Assembly (NCBI GenBank): GCA_965372715.1
Contig: CBDVDH010000007.1
Span: 18,580-82,579 of the forward strand
Source: an uncultured bacterium
GTDB taxonomy: Bacteria > B130-G9
Direction: 5' to 3'
DNA length: 64,000 bases
Shown here piece by piece: positions 10,107 to 20,890 of the stretch. The position numbers and the translations under genes are program-made. The notes beneath the pieces are model-generated. The model was not told the origin of the DNA. It saw only the letters and a list, made by a program, of their open reading frames with translations, and did no database searches. The stretch's first letter is position 1. Every line of letters starts with the position of its first letter.

Positions 10107-11091
10107 CTTAACTGGCGGCAATTCGGAGACTGTGGCCAAGCTGCTCAGAACACGGCTTTCGCAGCTGGAGATGAGAAGCCCGATTGTCATCGCGTCGGGC
10201 ATCTTTGGCTACGGCGATGAGTATCTTCGTGTCAAGGGCTTCTCGCTCGACGCTGTCGGCGCAATTGCTCTGAAGGGCGTCACTGTCAAGCCCCGAACGG
10301 GCAATCCGCCGCCGCGTATCCTCGAGACGTCGTCCGGAATGCTCAATTCCATTGGCCTGGAGAACGTCGGGGTTGAGGCGCTCGTTGCGGAGAAACTGCC
10401 AGCGCTTAGGGAGCTTGGCACGCATATCATCGTCAACGTGGGCGGGGACCGGCCGGAGGACGTTATAGACGCCGCGAAGGCTCTGTCATACTATCAGGAC
10501 ACGTTCTCCGCGATCGAGATCAACATATCTTGCCCGAACCTCGACGGCAGTCCCATCGGCGAGAACCGGAACACCACGGCGAGGGTCGTAACCTCTGTGA
10601 GGAAGATGTATCGCATTCCAGTTATCGTGAAGCTTGTGCCGAACGCCGCGTCGATCGCTGGATTCGCGAGGGTCTGTGAAAAGGCCGGCGCCGACGCGCT
10701 CACGGTCGCAAACTCGTTCCCAGGCATGGCCATCGATGTCTTCACGAGGCGCCCGATGCTGGGCGCCAACTTCGGCGGCCTTTCGGGCCCCGCCATAAAG
10801 CCGCTCTCGCTTCTGCTCGTGCATCTCGTCTATCAGGCGGTCTCCATACCCATCATCGCATCCGGCGGTATCGCATGCGCCCGCGACGCCGTGGAGTTCA
10901 TAATCGCCGGCGCCTCAGCCATCTCAGTCGGCACCGCCCTGTTCTACGACGCCCACGTATGCACGCGAATCGCCGAAGGCATCGTCGATTACCTCATCGA
11001 GGACGCCAGTCGCAACGCCCTCGACCACCCCCGCCCCCTGAGCGACTACGTCGGCACGCTGGCGCTGAATCGCCAAAAGGATGAAGGATAA
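10099..11091 (+). CDS. pyrD: dihydroorotate dehydrogenase (class 1-type catalytic subunit)
   Basis: SPIVIASGIFGYG...NSIGLENVG plus TIM-barrel DHODH motifs. The last codons (QKDEG) are encoded by the GGATGAA repeat. Confidence 0.9.
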   Translation: MNDLTGGNSETVAKLLRTRLSQLEMRSPIVIASGIFGYGDEYLRVKGFSLDAVGAIALKGVTVKPRTGNPPPRILETSSGMLNSIGLENVGVEALVAEKLPALRELGTHIIVNVGGDRPEDVIDAAKALSYYQDTFSAIEINISCPNLDGSPIGENRNTTARVVTSVRKMYRIPVIVKLVPNAASIAGFARVCEKAGADALTVANSFPGMAIDVFTRRPMLGANFGGLSGPAIKPLSLLLVHLVYQAVSIPIIASGGIACARDAVEFIIAGASAISVGTALFYDAHVCTRIAEGIVDYLIEDASRNALDHPRPLSDYVGTLALNRQKDEG

Positions 11092-11214
11092 AGGATGAAG
11101 GATGAAACAGGGAAGCAGGACGACTTGCGGAGCCGGACGAGGAGCTTCGCCCTTCGTATTATTCGCCTATATTCGTCGCTGCCGAAGACCACCGAGGCCC
11201 AGGTTAGTGTGCTA
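11092..11214 (+). pseudogene. truncated four-helix-bundle (Avd-like) protein gene fragment
   Basis: 40-codon ORF MKDETGKQDDLRSRTRSFALRIIRLYSSLPKTTEAQVSVLN*. It matches the N-terminus of four-helix-bundle proteins (ELRxRTxxFALRIIRLYxxLPKTxEAQV) but stops after helix 1. Confidence 0.35.
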
Positions 11215-11442
11215 AACTGAACGCAATAACATAGTATTAGCAAAAGGAAGAATATGCAGGTATAATCCGTAACGTTTCACAATACGGTTGATGATCAATT
11301 ATCACCCATCGGAAAGCAAGAACTCAGAAAAGGGATCGTTGTGCGATAGCCAGCCACGGAGGGTCGGGTTGCTGTTTTGTCTTGTCAACAAGGCGGAGAT
11401 TCTCTGTTTGTCTTTCAACTCAGGAAGTAGGAGGAGGATGCA

Positions 11443-12126
11443 ATGCAGAAAACAGGGCTCTATTACAGGGAGCTGATCGGACTTAGAAAAGAGTTGTTGA
11501 GCCTGAAAAACTGCCAGATCACGTTTCTTACGTTTTCGGTCACAGCAACCGGCGTGCTCCTAGGCGTGGCGACTTCAATTGGCAGGATGAGCCCTGTCTT
11601 CGAGCTCATATTCCTGTTTCCCCTCATCGTGCTAGTGCCGTCGTGGTGGATCTTCTTTGACAAGGCGACAACAATCACTCGTGTAGTCGGGTACTACCGG
11701 ATCCTAGAAGACTTAGTCCTTGAACGCTATTCCGCTGACCAGTTTGTCGGTTGGGAGAACGCACTTCGCGAATTCAGAAAACGCCACGCAGCAAGCCAGC
11801 TGGGACCGCCCGCGAATGATGACCCTCACTCTTGGATTCGGCGGCTTTACCACACAATCGCTCTCCGGACGGGCCACAAGTATTGGATTATCTCATTCTC
11901 CACGTTTGCAGCGTTATCAGCGCTATGTGTCTCAATGAGCATTCAGGCCGCTAGATCCTGTTTTGCGCTTGCTATCGCCCTTACAGCTCTGGTGCTATTC
12001 TTAGCCTCCTTCGCTTGGAACGTGAGGCTGGTCTGGCTTTTTATATGTGGGCGCCACTCTTATGATTCGAACGAAAAATACTGGAAGGCTATACTGGGAG
12101 TCACACAACCTCGCACCCACACTTGA
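11443..12126 (+). CDS. hypothetical integral membrane protein (4 predicted TM helices)
   Basis: 227 aa with hydrophobic segments. No recognisable family. Located in the repeat-bounded accessory island. Confidence 0.45.
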   Translation: MQKTGLYYRELIGLRKELLSLKNCQITFLTFSVTATGVLLGVATSIGRMSPVFELIFLFPLIVLVPSWWIFFDKATTITRVVGYYRILEDLVLERYSADQFVGWENALREFRKRHAASQLGPPANDDPHSWIRRLYHTIALRTGHKYWIISFSTFAALSALCVSMSIQAARSCFALAIALTALVLFLASFAWNVRLVWLFICGRHSYDSNEKYWKAILGVTQPRTHT

Positions 12127-12273
12127 GGATACCGAGCATTTCCAGAAGGTCGTCGCTGTGCTCCGTGAAACAATCCGCCTCATCCAGGAAATCGACGAGG
12201 CCATCGGCGCTCACGACGGCTGGCCGATCAAATGAGGAGTTGAACCATTCAACCAAGACCGGAGGAGTTAGAC

Positions 12274-12738
12274 ATGTGCGCAGACCAACATCAACTTCCA
12301 TATTGGCAGGACGATGAGTCACTAGATCCCGAGATCTTTTTCAAGCTCCTTGTGAAGTGGTATGCGGGCCGGGATTTGACAGAGGCCGAATGCAAAGAAG
12401 GTGTCACTTTGGTAAGAGAGACTTTCGGCATCAGCCAGCTTCCTGGAGTCACTGGCGCAATCGCATCAGTTGTCCGAGGAAAAGGACCCAATGAGCCGAA
12501 CCTCAGGCTGGCCAAAGCTTCACGGGACGGAGGTTCTATGAGCCAGACTGATTTTGAGAAATTCTCAAAAAAACAGTGGTTGCGCACCAGACAGGACAAC
12601 TTCGCGGCTTGTCGTGGAGCCTTGCTCAATTGGATCCAGAACTATTGCCTTGAATTCACACAGAAGAAGACCAAGGGTCCGCTCGTCACCGACAGTATGG
12701 ATGAGTGGTTGAAACGTGTATTCGCGCTGAAATCGTAG
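12274..12738 (+). CDS. hypothetical protein
   Basis: 154-aa ORF in the accessory island. No recognisable motifs. Confidence 0.35.
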   Translation: MCADQHQLPYWQDDESLDPEIFFKLLVKWYAGRDLTEAECKEGVTLVRETFGISQLPGVTGAIASVVRGKGPNEPNLRLAKASRDGGSMSQTDFEKFSKKQWLRTRQDNFAACRGALLNWIQNYCLEFTQKKTKGPLVTDSMDEWLKRVFALKS

Positions 12739-13139
12739 GCCATGCTCCCCCCGGGACAGGCCGATTTGTTTTGGTCGGGACAGTACCCGGTTCCGCGGAG
12801 CGAGAGCCTTAGGCGGATGGCATAGGCTACGCTCGTGCCACAGTAAGTCTCAGTTGGCTCTTGAGGATGCCCTGGTATCGGCAAGGTAGGCTGGAAAGCC
12901 CATCCCACATTGGCCTATACTCATTCTTGAGATGTGCACGTAGGAGTAAATGGGTCAAAGGGTCAATTGTGGATTGCGGATTTGGGATTTCGGATTGGGG
13001 AAGAGGCTGTGATCGATAGTTCATCGTTCATAGTCCATAATTCAGCCTTAGAATGGCTCATTGACCTCAGGGGCGGGATGAGGTCTTGTCCAAGCCGGCT
13101 CTATCCCGTCGTCTGAGACGAAGATGTGGGAAGGCCCTA

Positions 13140-13373
13140 TCACAGCAATTCTATGAATTCCTCCTTTGAAAGGCCGGCCTGTTCCAAGATTGAAACCAGT
13201 GTCCCTCTGGGAATCTCCTTTCTATCAGGCACAATGACGAGGCGAGTGCTGTCCTTATCTCTTTTCACAAATGCCGAATGACTTCCCTTTCCTCTCTTGG
13301 GAGCATATTCAAAGCCGCTTTTCCGCAACACGTGGATTATTTCTTTTGAAGATAAGACAGGCAGTTTCGGCAT
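13140..13373 (-). CDS. hicA: type II toxin-antitoxin system HicA family toxin
   Basis: 77 aa: SSKEIIHVLRKSGFEYAPKRGKGSHSAF...IPRGTLVSILEQAGL, the HicA/YcfA fold signature. Confidence 0.85.
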   Translation of the reverse strand: MPKLPVLSSKEIIHVLRKSGFEYAPKRGKGSHSAFVKRDKDSTRLVIVPDRKEIPRGTLVSILEQAGLSKEEFIELL

Positions 13374-13609
13374 TATCTGGCAAGTTCTACATGGGACGTG
13401 TATTTTTCCCGTGCTAAAAGACTCTCTTCTACATCTTCCAATAATCCGAGGGCTTCCGCGTTTTCAAGATAGAGCTCTACTGCCTCCTTAAGATTCTCTG
13501 TTGCCTCAGTGATTGAATCTCCACAACTGGCAACACCAAGTTCGGGGCATTTTGATACATAAGCTCCTTTTTCCTTCCAAACTACTACTGTATAATCGAA
13601 TGTTTTCAT
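13373..13609 (-). CDS. hicB: type II toxin-antitoxin system HicB family antitoxin (UPF0150)
   Basis: MKTFDYTVVVWKEKGAYVSKCPELGVASCGDSITEATENLKEAVELYLE. AAGGAG RBS 7 nt upstream of this ATG. Coupled 1-nt overlap with hicA. Confidence 0.8.
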   Translation of the reverse strand: MKTFDYTVVVWKEKGAYVSKCPELGVASCGDSITEATENLKEAVELYLENAEALGLLEDVEESLLAREKYTSHVELAR

Positions 13610-13774
13610 AGCGGCTCCTTTCTTCATGATGAACCTTCACTTCGTCTGTTGCGTCCATACAATTAGGATATGATAGGGTGCCAGTTTCGTAAAGAGAAGT
13701 AAGGATGAAAGCGGAAGGATGCTCTTGAAGGATGAAAGATTTCGGATTGCGCAATGAGGAGGGATGAAGACGAC

Positions 13775-14860
13775 ATGACGAATCTGCCAGAGCGACGGGG
13801 TGATTCTCAGATTCTCCTCTACCAGATAGAGGACGGCCGGACGCGGATAGAAGTCCGCTTGGAACGCGAGACCGTTTGGCTGACGCAGCAACTGATGGCG
13901 GACCTCTTCCAGACAACAAAGCAGAATATCAGCCTCCATATTCAGAGCATTTTCCGGGAGGGGGAGCTGTCGCCGGAGGCAACTGTCAAGAAATACTTGA
14001 CAGTTCAACGCGAAGGCAACCGAGACGTGAGGCGTTATCTGGAATACTTCAATCTCGACGTAATCATATCCGTCGGCTACCGTGTGAAGTCCCACGTGGC
14101 CACCCGGTTCCGCATCTGGGCGACCCAGCGATTGCGGGAATACATTGTTAAAGGCTTCGCCTTGGATGACGAACGGCTGAAACAGGCCGGAGGTGGCAGT
14201 TACTTTGACGAATTGCTGGCCCGGATTCGCGACATCCGCTCTTCCGAGAAGGTCTTCTGGCGGAAGGCCCTGGATATATATGCGACGAGCATTGACTACA
14301 ACCCCAATACCGACGTGTCGCGCCAGTTCTTCAAGGTCGTTCAGAATAAGATCCACTGGGCGGCCCACGGGCACACGGCCGCCGAGATCATCAGTGCGAG
14401 GGCAGATGCATCCCGACCGAATATGGGGCTGACCTCATGGAGGGGAAGCAAGCCGACACGGGAGGACATCGACATCGCCAAGAACTACTTGAGCCTCGAG
14501 GAACTGGACGTCTTGAACCGAATTGTCTCCATATATCTGGACTTCGCGGAACTCCAAGCCCTGAACCGAAACCCCATGTATATGAGCGACTGGATCGCCA
14601 AACTAGATGACTTCATGCGCATCAGCGAGCGGGACATCCTGACGCACGCCGGGACTGTAAGCCACGATGAGGCGCTGGGAAAGGCACGAAAGGAGTATGA
14701 GACATATCGGAAGAGGATGCTGGAGGGACCTTCCGCGGTGGAGCGGCATTTTGTTGAGGTCGTCAATGAAGTGAAGCAGTTGGAGAAGAGCAAGCCACGA
14801 AAGGCCAAGAAACGCGCCAAACGTGGAAGGATGAAGGATGAATGGCGCTCTGATGTATGA
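13775..14860 (+). CDS. RhuM family virulence/Fic-like protein
   Basis: ILLYQIEDGRTRIEVRLERETVWLTQQLMADLFQ...YFNLDVIISVGYRVKSHVATRFRIWATQRLREYIVKGF, a RhuM hallmark. Start at MTNLPE is likely; the track ORF begins at 13754. Confidence 0.85.
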   Translation: MTNLPERRGDSQILLYQIEDGRTRIEVRLERETVWLTQQLMADLFQTTKQNISLHIQSIFREGELSPEATVKKYLTVQREGNRDVRRYLEYFNLDVIISVGYRVKSHVATRFRIWATQRLREYIVKGFALDDERLKQAGGGSYFDELLARIRDIRSSEKVFWRKALDIYATSIDYNPNTDVSRQFFKVVQNKIHWAAHGHTAAEIISARADASRPNMGLTSWRGSKPTREDIDIAKNYLSLEELDVLNRIVSIYLDFAELQALNRNPMYMSDWIAKLDDFMRISERDILTHAGTVSHDEALGKARKEYETYRKRMLEGPSAVERHFVEVVNEVKQLEKSKPRKAKKRAKRGRMKDEWRSDV

Positions 14861-14923
14861 TTCATCCTTCATATTTCATAATTCAGCCTTCCGATTTCAT
14901 CCTTCATAATTCATCCTTGTTTC

Positions 14924-16249
14924 ATGAGAAAACGGATACCAACGATAAGCATTGTGGGGCGGCCGAACGTCGGGAAATCGACGCTTTTTAATCGGCTCGT
15001 CCGTCGGAGGAAGGCGATTGTGCACAGCACGCCGGGCGTCACCCGTGACAGGAACTACGACGTCGCGTCCCTCGATGACACTGAGGTCATGCTGGTTGAT
15101 ACCGGCGGCTTTCTGCGAGATGCGCCCGATTCGATCGGCAAGGCCGTGGCCCAGCAGGTTGAGTTCGCCATTGCGGAATCTGACGCGATCGCCTTCATGG
15201 TTGATGGCCGGTCCGGCCTGCTGCCGCAGGACGAGGAGATCGCCGAATACCTGCGACCAATGGCCGATTCCGTCGTGCTCGTCGTCAACAAAATCGACAC
15301 GCACAAGCAGGAAGCGGACGCCTCCGATTTCTACCGCCTCGGCTTTGAGAGGTTGTGTCCCATCTCCGCGGAGCACAAGGTTGGGATTGACCCGCTGATC
15401 AGCGAGCTGCTAACGCTCGTCGCCTCGGACAAGATGGCGCCCCAGGATGAGGCGGACGAGGCGACGTTCTGTGCCATTGTGGGCCGGCCGAACGTTGGAA
15501 AATCGTCGATAGTCAACGCTCTTCTCGGCGAAGAACGCGTGCTCGTGCACGAGGAGGCTGGCACGACGCGCGACGCTACGGACAGCCCTGTCCGTGTGAA
15601 CAAACGGGACTACACGCTGATTGACACCGCGGGCATAAGGCGCCGGAGCAAGATCGCCGAGCTTCTGGAGAAGCAGAGCATCATGATCGCCGAACGGAGC
15701 ATCCGCCGGTCGGACGTTACGCTCCTGGTGCTGGACGCTGCCGATCCCGCGACGAGTCAGGACCTGCGCATCGCCTCAATCGTCGTCGAGCAGGGCAAAG
15801 GGCTGATAGTCCTCGTCAACAAATGGGACCTGATTGAGAAGGACGACAGGACGATGGGCGCCTTCGTCAAGGACATTCAGGCAAAGATGGCGTTTGCGAC
15901 ATTCGCGCCGATTGTCTTCGTCTCAGCGGTCACGAGGCAGCGCCTCCTGAAGATGTTCCCGCTGATCGAGGCCGTGAACGCTGAGTGCCAGAGGCGCATA
16001 AGCACGGGCGTTTTGAACAGGTTCATGCAGGACGAGGTCTTCGGTAAGCACCCGATGATCAAGCGCAAAAGGCCGGTCAAGTTCTATTACACGACGCAGG
16101 CCTCGGTTCGCCCTCCGACGTTCGCCATCTTCACGAACCGCCCTGACGACGTTGACGACGCCTACGTGCGCTACATCGAAAGCTCCCTCCGCGAGAAGTT
16201 CGGCTTTGAGGGCGCCCCCTTGCGAGTGTTTATGCGCAAGCACCATTGA
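14924..16249 (+). CDS. der: ribosome biogenesis GTPase Der (EngA)
   Basis: Two tandem GTPase domains (IVGRPNVGKSTLFNRL and IVGRPNVGKSSIVNAL) plus a C-terminal KH-like domain. Confidence 0.95.
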   Translation: MRKRIPTISIVGRPNVGKSTLFNRLVRRRKAIVHSTPGVTRDRNYDVASLDDTEVMLVDTGGFLRDAPDSIGKAVAQQVEFAIAESDAIAFMVDGRSGLLPQDEEIAEYLRPMADSVVLVVNKIDTHKQEADASDFYRLGFERLCPISAEHKVGIDPLISELLTLVASDKMAPQDEADEATFCAIVGRPNVGKSSIVNALLGEERVLVHEEAGTTRDATDSPVRVNKRDYTLIDTAGIRRRSKIAELLEKQSIMIAERSIRRSDVTLLVLDAADPATSQDLRIASIVVEQGKGLIVLVNKWDLIEKDDRTMGAFVKDIQAKMAFATFAPIVFVSAVTRQRLLKMFPLIEAVNAECQRRISTGVLNRFMQDEVFGKHPMIKRKRPVKFYYTTQASVRPPTFAIFTNRPDDVDDAYVRYIESSLREKFGFEGAPLRVFMRKHH

Positions 16250-16307
16250 GGGTGTGAGGCGTGCCCAGTGTTCCGTCTGTTGGGAAACAGCAGGGCAATC
16301 TCCGAAC

Positions 16308-19300
16308 TCACAGGTCAAACTCGTAGTAGGGCAGTGGATTCTCGCCAGCGCCCTGCAGCCAGCGCGCATCCGGTTTCCATGCGCCGTTCTTTTTCGTCCG
16401 CTTGCGAGCCTGAACTTTCACCTTCGCCTTCTCAACTGTAATCAGGCTGTATTGCCAAGGAACGGTCGGTGGTAGGTTTTCTGTCTTTACGCCGAATGTG
16501 CCGGCTGCGAGCACTTCGATCCTCCTCCCGCCTTGCTTGGCGTCGTACTTCCATAGCTGGTCCTGTGCTCCGTGAATGTGGCCGTGAAGCACTAACCTGA
16601 AACCCTCCAGCGCCAGAAGCTCCAAAAAGCCGTCTTCTTTGATGTATCCGTCTGATGCAATCGTGACTGGATGGTGCCAGACTCCTATCTTGAGGCATTC
16701 CTTGTATTGGTCGCGCTTCTCCGACATAGCGGACAACGCCAGCCCGAGCGCCTCAACGCATATATCCGATCCATCCTCATTGGATTTGTCGATCTGCCAC
16801 GCCGAGTTGAGACCGAGGAATACGACGCCCAGCTCTGGTATGTGGCGAAGGGTGACCTGTTTGCTGGGCGTCATTGAGTAGCTCGTGCCGGTTATTGCGT
16901 GATAGAACCGGGCGAAGTGATCCAATCCCCTCCTGGGTAGATTTGGGTCAGGTTGCGCGCTCGGCCGAGGCCCTGCGCTAGATGCTCCCGCAACGAGCTT
17001 GTAGTTGACGTCGTGGTTGCCTGGCACAATCACGACACGGTTCGGACCCACCCCAAATCGCTGCGTCAGTTTCTTGAAGAACCGCTCTGCCTCGGCATAT
17101 TCATTCCCGGTGGACAAGGTCCCCACGTCGCCAGAGATGACAATCGCGTCCAGTTGCTCGCAGTTCAGCTCCTTCGTCAGGTCCAACTGCAGCTGGCTGA
17201 ACCATAAGTCAGCCCTTTTCGCGGTAGTGAAATGAAGGTCCGAAAGGTGGAGAATGCTCATAGACTTGTCCTTTCTCGTATGTAAGTTATGACTGTAATA
17301 CCAACACTTCTGCTGGATGGCGGGGATTGCGTCTCTAGCAAGCGAGTAGTCTTGACCCGTTCGCATCCATGTTTCTAGCAAGGAGAGAGCTCGGGGATTC
17401 CCGGTTTCGGCCAGTGCATCAGCCGCTCTGTCGCGAACGGACCATTCCTGGGTTTTCAACGCTTGAAGTAGCGGAGTCAAAGCGGCTTCAGTGCCGATTC
17501 TGGCCAGTACGTGGACCGCGGTGTGGCGAACGTCCGAGTCCCCGTCTTCCAGCGCTTGAAGCAGCGGCATCACTGCGGCTTCACTCCCAATCTCGCCAAG
17601 GGCGTCGGCCGCGCTAGAACGAACATGCCAGTCCTTGTCTCTCAGCGCTTGAAGCAACGGTGTCACAGCGGATTCACTTCCGACCTCGCCCAGTGCGTAG
17701 GCCGCGCTGCTCCGAACAGCCGAGTTCTCGTCCTTCAGGGCTTGAAGCAGAGCCGTCAGAGCGGATTCACTTCCGATCTCGCCCAGTGCGTAGGCCGCCC
17801 TGCTGCGAACGACCCAGTCCTCGTCTTTTAGCGCTTGAAGCAGCGGCGTCACTGCGGCTTCATCCCCTATTCTGCCCAGCGCTTCGGCCGAGCTCCAGCG
17901 AACGGCCGAGTCCTCGTCTTTCAACGCTTGAAGCAGCGGCGTCACTGCGGCTTCAGTTCCGATCTTGCCCAGTGCGTCGGCCGCCATGCTGCGAACGAAC
18001 CGGTCCTGGTCTTTGAGCGCTTGAAGCAGCGGCGTCACTACCGCTTCTGTTCCGATTCTGCCCAGTGCGAGGGCCGCCTGCATGCGAACGTCCCGGCCCT
18101 CGTCTTTCAGTGCTTCAAGCAGAGCCGTCAGAGCGGATTCAGTTCCGATCTCTGCCAGTGCTTCGCCCGCGCTGCAGCGAACGAACAACTCCTCGTCTTT
18201 CAGCGCTTGAAGCAGTGGCGTCACTGCCGCTTCTGTTCCGATTCTGCCCAGTGCGCGGGCCGCCTCCTCGCGAATTTGCTGGTCCTCGTCTTTCAGTGCT
18301 TGAAGCAGTGGTTTCACAGCGGCTTCCGTTCCAATTTTGTCCAGTGCGCCGGCCGCGCTGCGGACAACGTGCCAGTCCTCGTCTTTCAGTGCTTGAAGCA
18401 GCGGCTTCACTGCGGCTTCAGTTCCGATTTCGCCCAGTGCGTAGGCCGCCATGCTGCGAGCGCACCAGTCCTCGTCTTTCAGTGCTTGAAGGAGCGCCTT
18501 CACAGCGGCTTCAGTTCCGATCTTCCCCAGTGCGTCGGCCGCGCTGCGGACAACGTACCAGTTCCCGTCTTTCAGTGCTTGAAGCAACGCCTTCACAGCG
18601 GCTTCAGTTCCGATTTCGCCCAGTGCGTAGGCCGCCTGGCGGCGAACGTACGAGACCTCGTCTTTCAGTGCTTGAAGCAACGCCTTCACAGCGGCTTCAG
18701 TTCCGATTTCGCCCAGTGCGTAGGCCGCCTGGCGGCGAACCGACCGGTCCCCGTCCTTGAGCGCTTGAAGCAGCGGCGTCAAAGCGGCTTCAGTTCCAAT
18801 TTTGCCCAGTGCGCCGGCCGCGCTGCTGCGAACGCAGAAGTCCTGGTCTTTCAGCGCTTGAAGCAGCGGCGTAACTGCGGCTTCAGTTCCGATTTCGCCC
18901 AGTGCTTCGACCGCGCTCTCGCGAACCATCCCGTTCTTATCGTTCAATGCTCGGACAAGTGGGGGCACGGCGGCTTCAGTTCCGATCTCGCCAAGCGCAT
19001 TGGCCGCGCTGCGGCGAAGGTCCGAGTCCTCGCCCTCCAAACTCATTGATAGGGGGGCCAGGGCCGCCTCCGAATGGGTCCTTTCCAGGAGGTCGATGAT
19101 AAGCGGCAAGTGAAGATCGAGGCCGGTTACCAGCTTAACCGACTCATCCTGAAATTCCCGCCTCACCGAGCCCGCCAACCTCGCTCCCAGCATCAAATCT
19201 ACATCAAGAGCCAGCCGCACTATGCGCAGCGCCTGCTCCTTGTTATCAACTAACTCCAACATCAGAGCCAGGGGCTCGGTCCACTTCAGGTAGTTCAGAT

Positions 19301-20531
19301 ACTCGCGCTTGAGCGTTTCGTCATCGAGCGTCAGGACAATCGTGAGGAGCTGCTCGGCGGCGTAGTATTCCTGGATCAATTGGTGTCGGAACTCGATGGC
19401 GTTGTCTGAAGCACGCTGGATGAGGTGATGGTTGATGAGATCCCTGAGCAGTTCGGCAGCGTCGATCTTCCCGGCCAAACCGCTGTCGGCAATGAACCGG
19501 CCCAGGATGTCCTTTCCCTGCTTCCCGTCAACAACAAGCCGAAGCTCCGTGGGTGAATCCGCTTGCAACATCTTGAAGGCCAGTTGTTGCAGCGCCTGCT
19601 CCCACGAGTCCCTGGATTCCTCCTTGACGGGCGCACCGTGTTTGACCGTCTTCTGGTATTGCTCGGCGAATGTCCGGAAGACCAGCCCAAGGTTCTCAGG
19701 CATCTCCTCAGTTCCCTTAAAGAGCGCGCAGAGCATCCAAAGGAAGAGCGGCGTTCGGGCCAATTCCTTGACACGGTCCCGCAGCTTCCTAACAAAGGCC
19801 TCTGACCGTCCCGGCAAGTATGCCTCGACGAACTGCTTGAGCTGCGGCTCTGTTAGCGGGAGCATGTCCAGCCGGCGCTCGATCCCAAGATCGAAGGCGC
19901 CGCCGAGCTCGCGCGTTGTGAAGGCCATCGGTGTCTTGGGGTGCAGGCTGCGGAAAGAGCTAACGGCCCTGCGAGAGTCCTCGGACGGAAGCTCATTCAG
20001 CCCGTCGAAGAGCAGGAGAAACCGCCCTTCGTCGAGCAGCCTATTCGCCTCGTCTTCTATAAGCTCCAACCCATGTTGCCCCAGAGAGCGCCTGATCAGA
20101 TTCATCGGCGTCTCCTGGTAGTGTTTGAGCTCCAATAGGACGGGGATTCTCTTCTTGGGATCGCGGCTGGCGGCTTCGGCCTCTTCCAAGAATAGCCGGG
20201 CCAGGGAGGTTGTCTTTCCGGACCCGGGCCGGCCGACGAGCAGGACGTGTTCGTTGGCGTATTTGCGCAGCCCCTCGACCACGCCCAACTTCTCGACACT
20301 CTCGCGTCTCGGCTCGCCAAACTTCCTTTCTTCCTTGCGTTGGCCGCGTTCTGGTCGCTGAGCTCTTTCCTTGAAAGCCTCCGCCATCAGGTCGAAGAGG
20401 TCGCGGCACCGGGTCTCTTCGCGCGACGCGTCAATCGGCGCGAACCGGTCCCACCACTTCGCGTGTTCCGCACAAACCGACTTCAGGTAGTCTTGCCACA
20501 GCTCACGGCTGACCATCGTGGATTCCTTCAT
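16308..20531 (-). CDS. NACHT-family P-loop NTPase / HEAT-repeat array (~18x31 aa) / C-terminal calcineurin-like metallophosphoesterase fusion protein (1407 aa)
   Basis: N-terminal Walker [13 protein letters not shown] with Walker [10 protein letters not shown] in a STAND/NACHT context. About 18 repeats of [23 protein letters not shown], a PBS-lyase HEAT signature. C-terminal [23 protein letters not shown] match PF00149 metallophosphoesterase motifs. Confidence 0.85.
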   Translation of the reverse strand: MKESTMVSRELWQDYLKSVCAEHAKWWDRFAPIDASREETRCRDLFDLMAEAFKERAQRPERGQRKEERKFGEPRRESVEKLGVVEGLRKYANEHVLLVGRPGSGKTTSLARLFLEEAEAASRDPKKRIPVLLELKHYQETPMNLIRRSLGQHGLELIEDEANRLLDEGRFLLLFDGLNELPSEDSRRAVSSFRSLHPKTPMAFTTRELGGAFDLGIERRLDMLPLTEPQLKQFVEAYLPGRSEAFVRKLRDRVKELARTPLFLWMLCALFKGTEEMPENLGLVFRTFAEQYQKTVKHGAPVKEESRDSWEQALQQLAFKMLQADSPTELRLVVDGKQGKDILGRFIADSGLAGKIDAAELLRDLINHHLIQRASDNAIEFRHQLIQEYYAAEQLLTIVLTLDDETLKREYLNYLKWTEPLALMLELVDNKEQALRIVRLALDVDLMLGARLAGSVRREFQDESVKLVTGLDLHLPLIIDLLERTHSEAALAPLSMSLEGEDSDLRRSAANALGEIGTEAAVPPLVRALNDKNGMVRESAVEALGEIGTEAAVTPLLQALKDQDFCVRSSAAGALGKIGTEAALTPLLQALKDGDRSVRRQAAYALGEIGTEAAVKALLQALKDEVSYVRRQAAYALGEIGTEAAVKALLQALKDGNWYVVRSAADALGKIGTEAAVKALLQALKDEDWCARSMAAYALGEIGTEAAVKPLLQALKDEDWHVVRSAAGALDKIGTEAAVKPLLQALKDEDQQIREEAARALGRIGTEAAVTPLLQALKDEELFVRCSAGEALAEIGTESALTALLEALKDEGRDVRMQAALALGRIGTEAVVTPLLQALKDQDRFVRSMAADALGKIGTEAAVTPLLQALKDEDSAVRWSSAEALGRIGDEAAVTPLLQALKDEDWVVRSRAAYALGEIGSESALTALLQALKDENSAVRSSAAYALGEVGSESAVTPLLQALRDKDWHVRSSAADALGEIGSEAAVMPLLQALEDGDSDVRHTAVHVLARIGTEAALTPLLQALKTQEWSVRDRAADALAETGNPRALSLLETWMRTGQDYSLARDAIPAIQQKCWYYSHNLHTRKDKSMSILHLSDLHFTTAKRADLWFSQLQLDLTKELNCEQLDAIVISGDVGTLSTGNEYAEAERFFKKLTQRFGVGPNRVVIVPGNHDVNYKLVAGASSAGPRPSAQPDPNLPRRGLDHFARFYHAITGTSYSMTPSKQVTLRHIPELGVVFLGLNSAWQIDKSNEDGSDICVEALGLALSAMSEKRDQYKECLKIGVWHHPVTIASDGYIKEDGFLELLALEGFRLVLHGHIHGAQDQLWKYDAKQGGRRIEVLAAGTFGVKTENLPPTVPWQYSLITVEKAKVKVQARKRTKKNGAWKPDARWLQGAGENPLPYYEFDL
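17350..19070. repeat. tandem array of ~18 near-identical 93-bp units (HEAT repeats of the NACHT protein)
   Basis: Recurrent strings such as gcttgaagcagcggcgtcactgcggcttcagttccgat. The array also generates long spurious antisense ORFs on the + strand (17835-19049). Confidence 0.85.
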
Positions 20532-20890
20532 TGCGACTCACACATCGATATAGAGAACCTGCTGCGAACTTCGTTAAGGGGAATATAGCAAATGATATGC
20601 CGTTTGTCACGCCGCAATAGATGATTCAGCGGTGTTGAGGCAAGGAGACAGGTTCCTTTGAGATCGCGCCGTTCACAATCGTTGCGATTTCGTGGGCCCT
20701 GGATCATTGAGGAAGCGAATTATGGAGCCCCTACGCCCACCCACCACCCCAAAACACATAGATGAGGCCACTGTTCCCCAGGCTGCGCCTCTCGGCTTGC
20801 CTGGGGCTACTCACGTTATCCCCTTTCAGGGGATTCAGGATGGCTTCTAGGGAGGATTTCAGGCTTTGTATAGATTGACCATTCTCCACA

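Noticed and set aside
17835-19049. Long + strand ORFs (404, 231, 118 aa) with repetitive [13 protein letters not shown]… translations
   Set aside because: They are antisense to the HEAT-repeat array of the 1407-aa NACHT gene. Their periodicity just mirrors the 93-bp repeat. There is no independent coding evidence.
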